From: a virus
Length of the DNA stretch: 64,000 bases
Direction: 5' to 3' (one strand)
IMG/VR virus record: IMGVR_UViG_3300033153_010326
Coordinates: 1 to 64,000 of that record
Shown here: one piece after another, positions 63,466 through 64,000 of the stretch
Layout of the letters: each line of letters begins with the position of its first letter
How positions within the stretch are numbered: the stretch's first letter is position 1
Position numbers and translations under genes: made by a program
Notes under the pieces: model-generated
What the model was told of the DNA's origin: nothing
Databases searched by the model: none
Seen by the model: the letters and a program-made list of their open reading frames with translations, nothing else

Positions 63466-64000
63466 ATGAAACTTATAAATATTGCGAATGAGTTTAGGTC
63501 AATTTATTTATTCTGTAGAGATGATGCAGGAAAATTAAATATAAAAACGATTAATAGTTTCTTTCCTTATTATTACATCCTCGATGATGATGGTTCTTAT
63601 CTAAGTTTTACAGGTGAACCCCTTAGAAAAGTAATTGTATCTGCTCCTCATGAGATAGCTCAAAATAGAACTGATAGTTCTTATGAAGCTGATATTCAAC
63701 TAACTAAAAGATATTTAATAGATAAAATAGATAAATTAGAAAAAACTAAAATTAAATATTCTTTTATTGATATAGAAATTTTAACAGATGAAAAACCCAA
63801 TGTTCAAATAGCGAATAAACCTGTAAGTTGTATTTCCGTATATAATTCCTTTACTGATGAAATTAAAACTTTCTTCTTAAAAGATTATGATAGTGATGAA
63901 AGGGAAATGTTAGAAGATTTTGTAGTGTATATGAAATCGGAAGCATTTGATTTATGGTTAAGTTGGTTTGTAGATTTTGATTATGATTATTTATTTCATA
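63466..64000 (+). CDS. family B DNA polymerase, N-terminal part (runs off the window)
   Basis: Read by hand: F.PYYY, YEADI..RYLID, ExoI FIDIE, ExoII-like W..DFD..YL. Confidence 0.8.
   Translation, partial: MKLINIANEFRSIYLFCRDDAGKLNIKTINSFFPYYYILDDDGSYLSFTGEPLRKVIVSAPHEIAQNRTDSSYEADIQLTKRYLIDKIDKLEKTKIKYSFIDIEILTDEKPNVQIANKPVSCISVYNSFTDEIKTFFLKDYDSDEREMLEDFVVYMKSEAFDLWLSWFVDFDYDYLFH

Noticed and set aside
1-64000. alternative genetic code (stop-codon reassignment)
   Set aside because: Long conserved genes are intact in code 11, and TAA, TAG and TGA all occur as terminators.

Overview
AT-rich 64 kb segment of a large tailed dsDNA bacteriophage. A bacterial host is inferred from sigma70-type promoters, AGGAGG ribosome-binding sites and a bS21 gene. 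Two arms diverge from a ~1.4 kb non-coding hub at 28.7-30.1 kb. The minus-strand arm (1-28.4 kb) carries small accessory genes, two papain-fold proteases and a DNA methyltransferase. It continues with terminase small/large subunits, a portal-ChaB fusion, ~10 kb of putative head decoration/fibre genes, protease-scaffold, major capsid protein and adaptor. The plus-strand arm (30-64 kb) carries early genes, a GGDEF protein, a membrane-anchored RuvB-like ATPase, a tyrosine recombinase, nucleotide-metabolism genes, bS21 and a replication/recombination module ending in a truncated PolB. Best leads: (1) an internally deleted paralog of the phage's own major capsid protein inside the replication arm, two genes from a histone-fold gene; (2) a deoxyribosyltransferase-like gene whose YLAG motif is split by a stop and 8 extra nt right after a long hairpin (possible recoding); (3) a LAGLIDADG domain inserted in frame in a diphosphohydrolase with no intein or intron signature; (4) simple-sequence repeats that switch or fuse genes; (5) several structured intergenic RNAs. 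All assignments come from motif recognition by eye; no searches were run.
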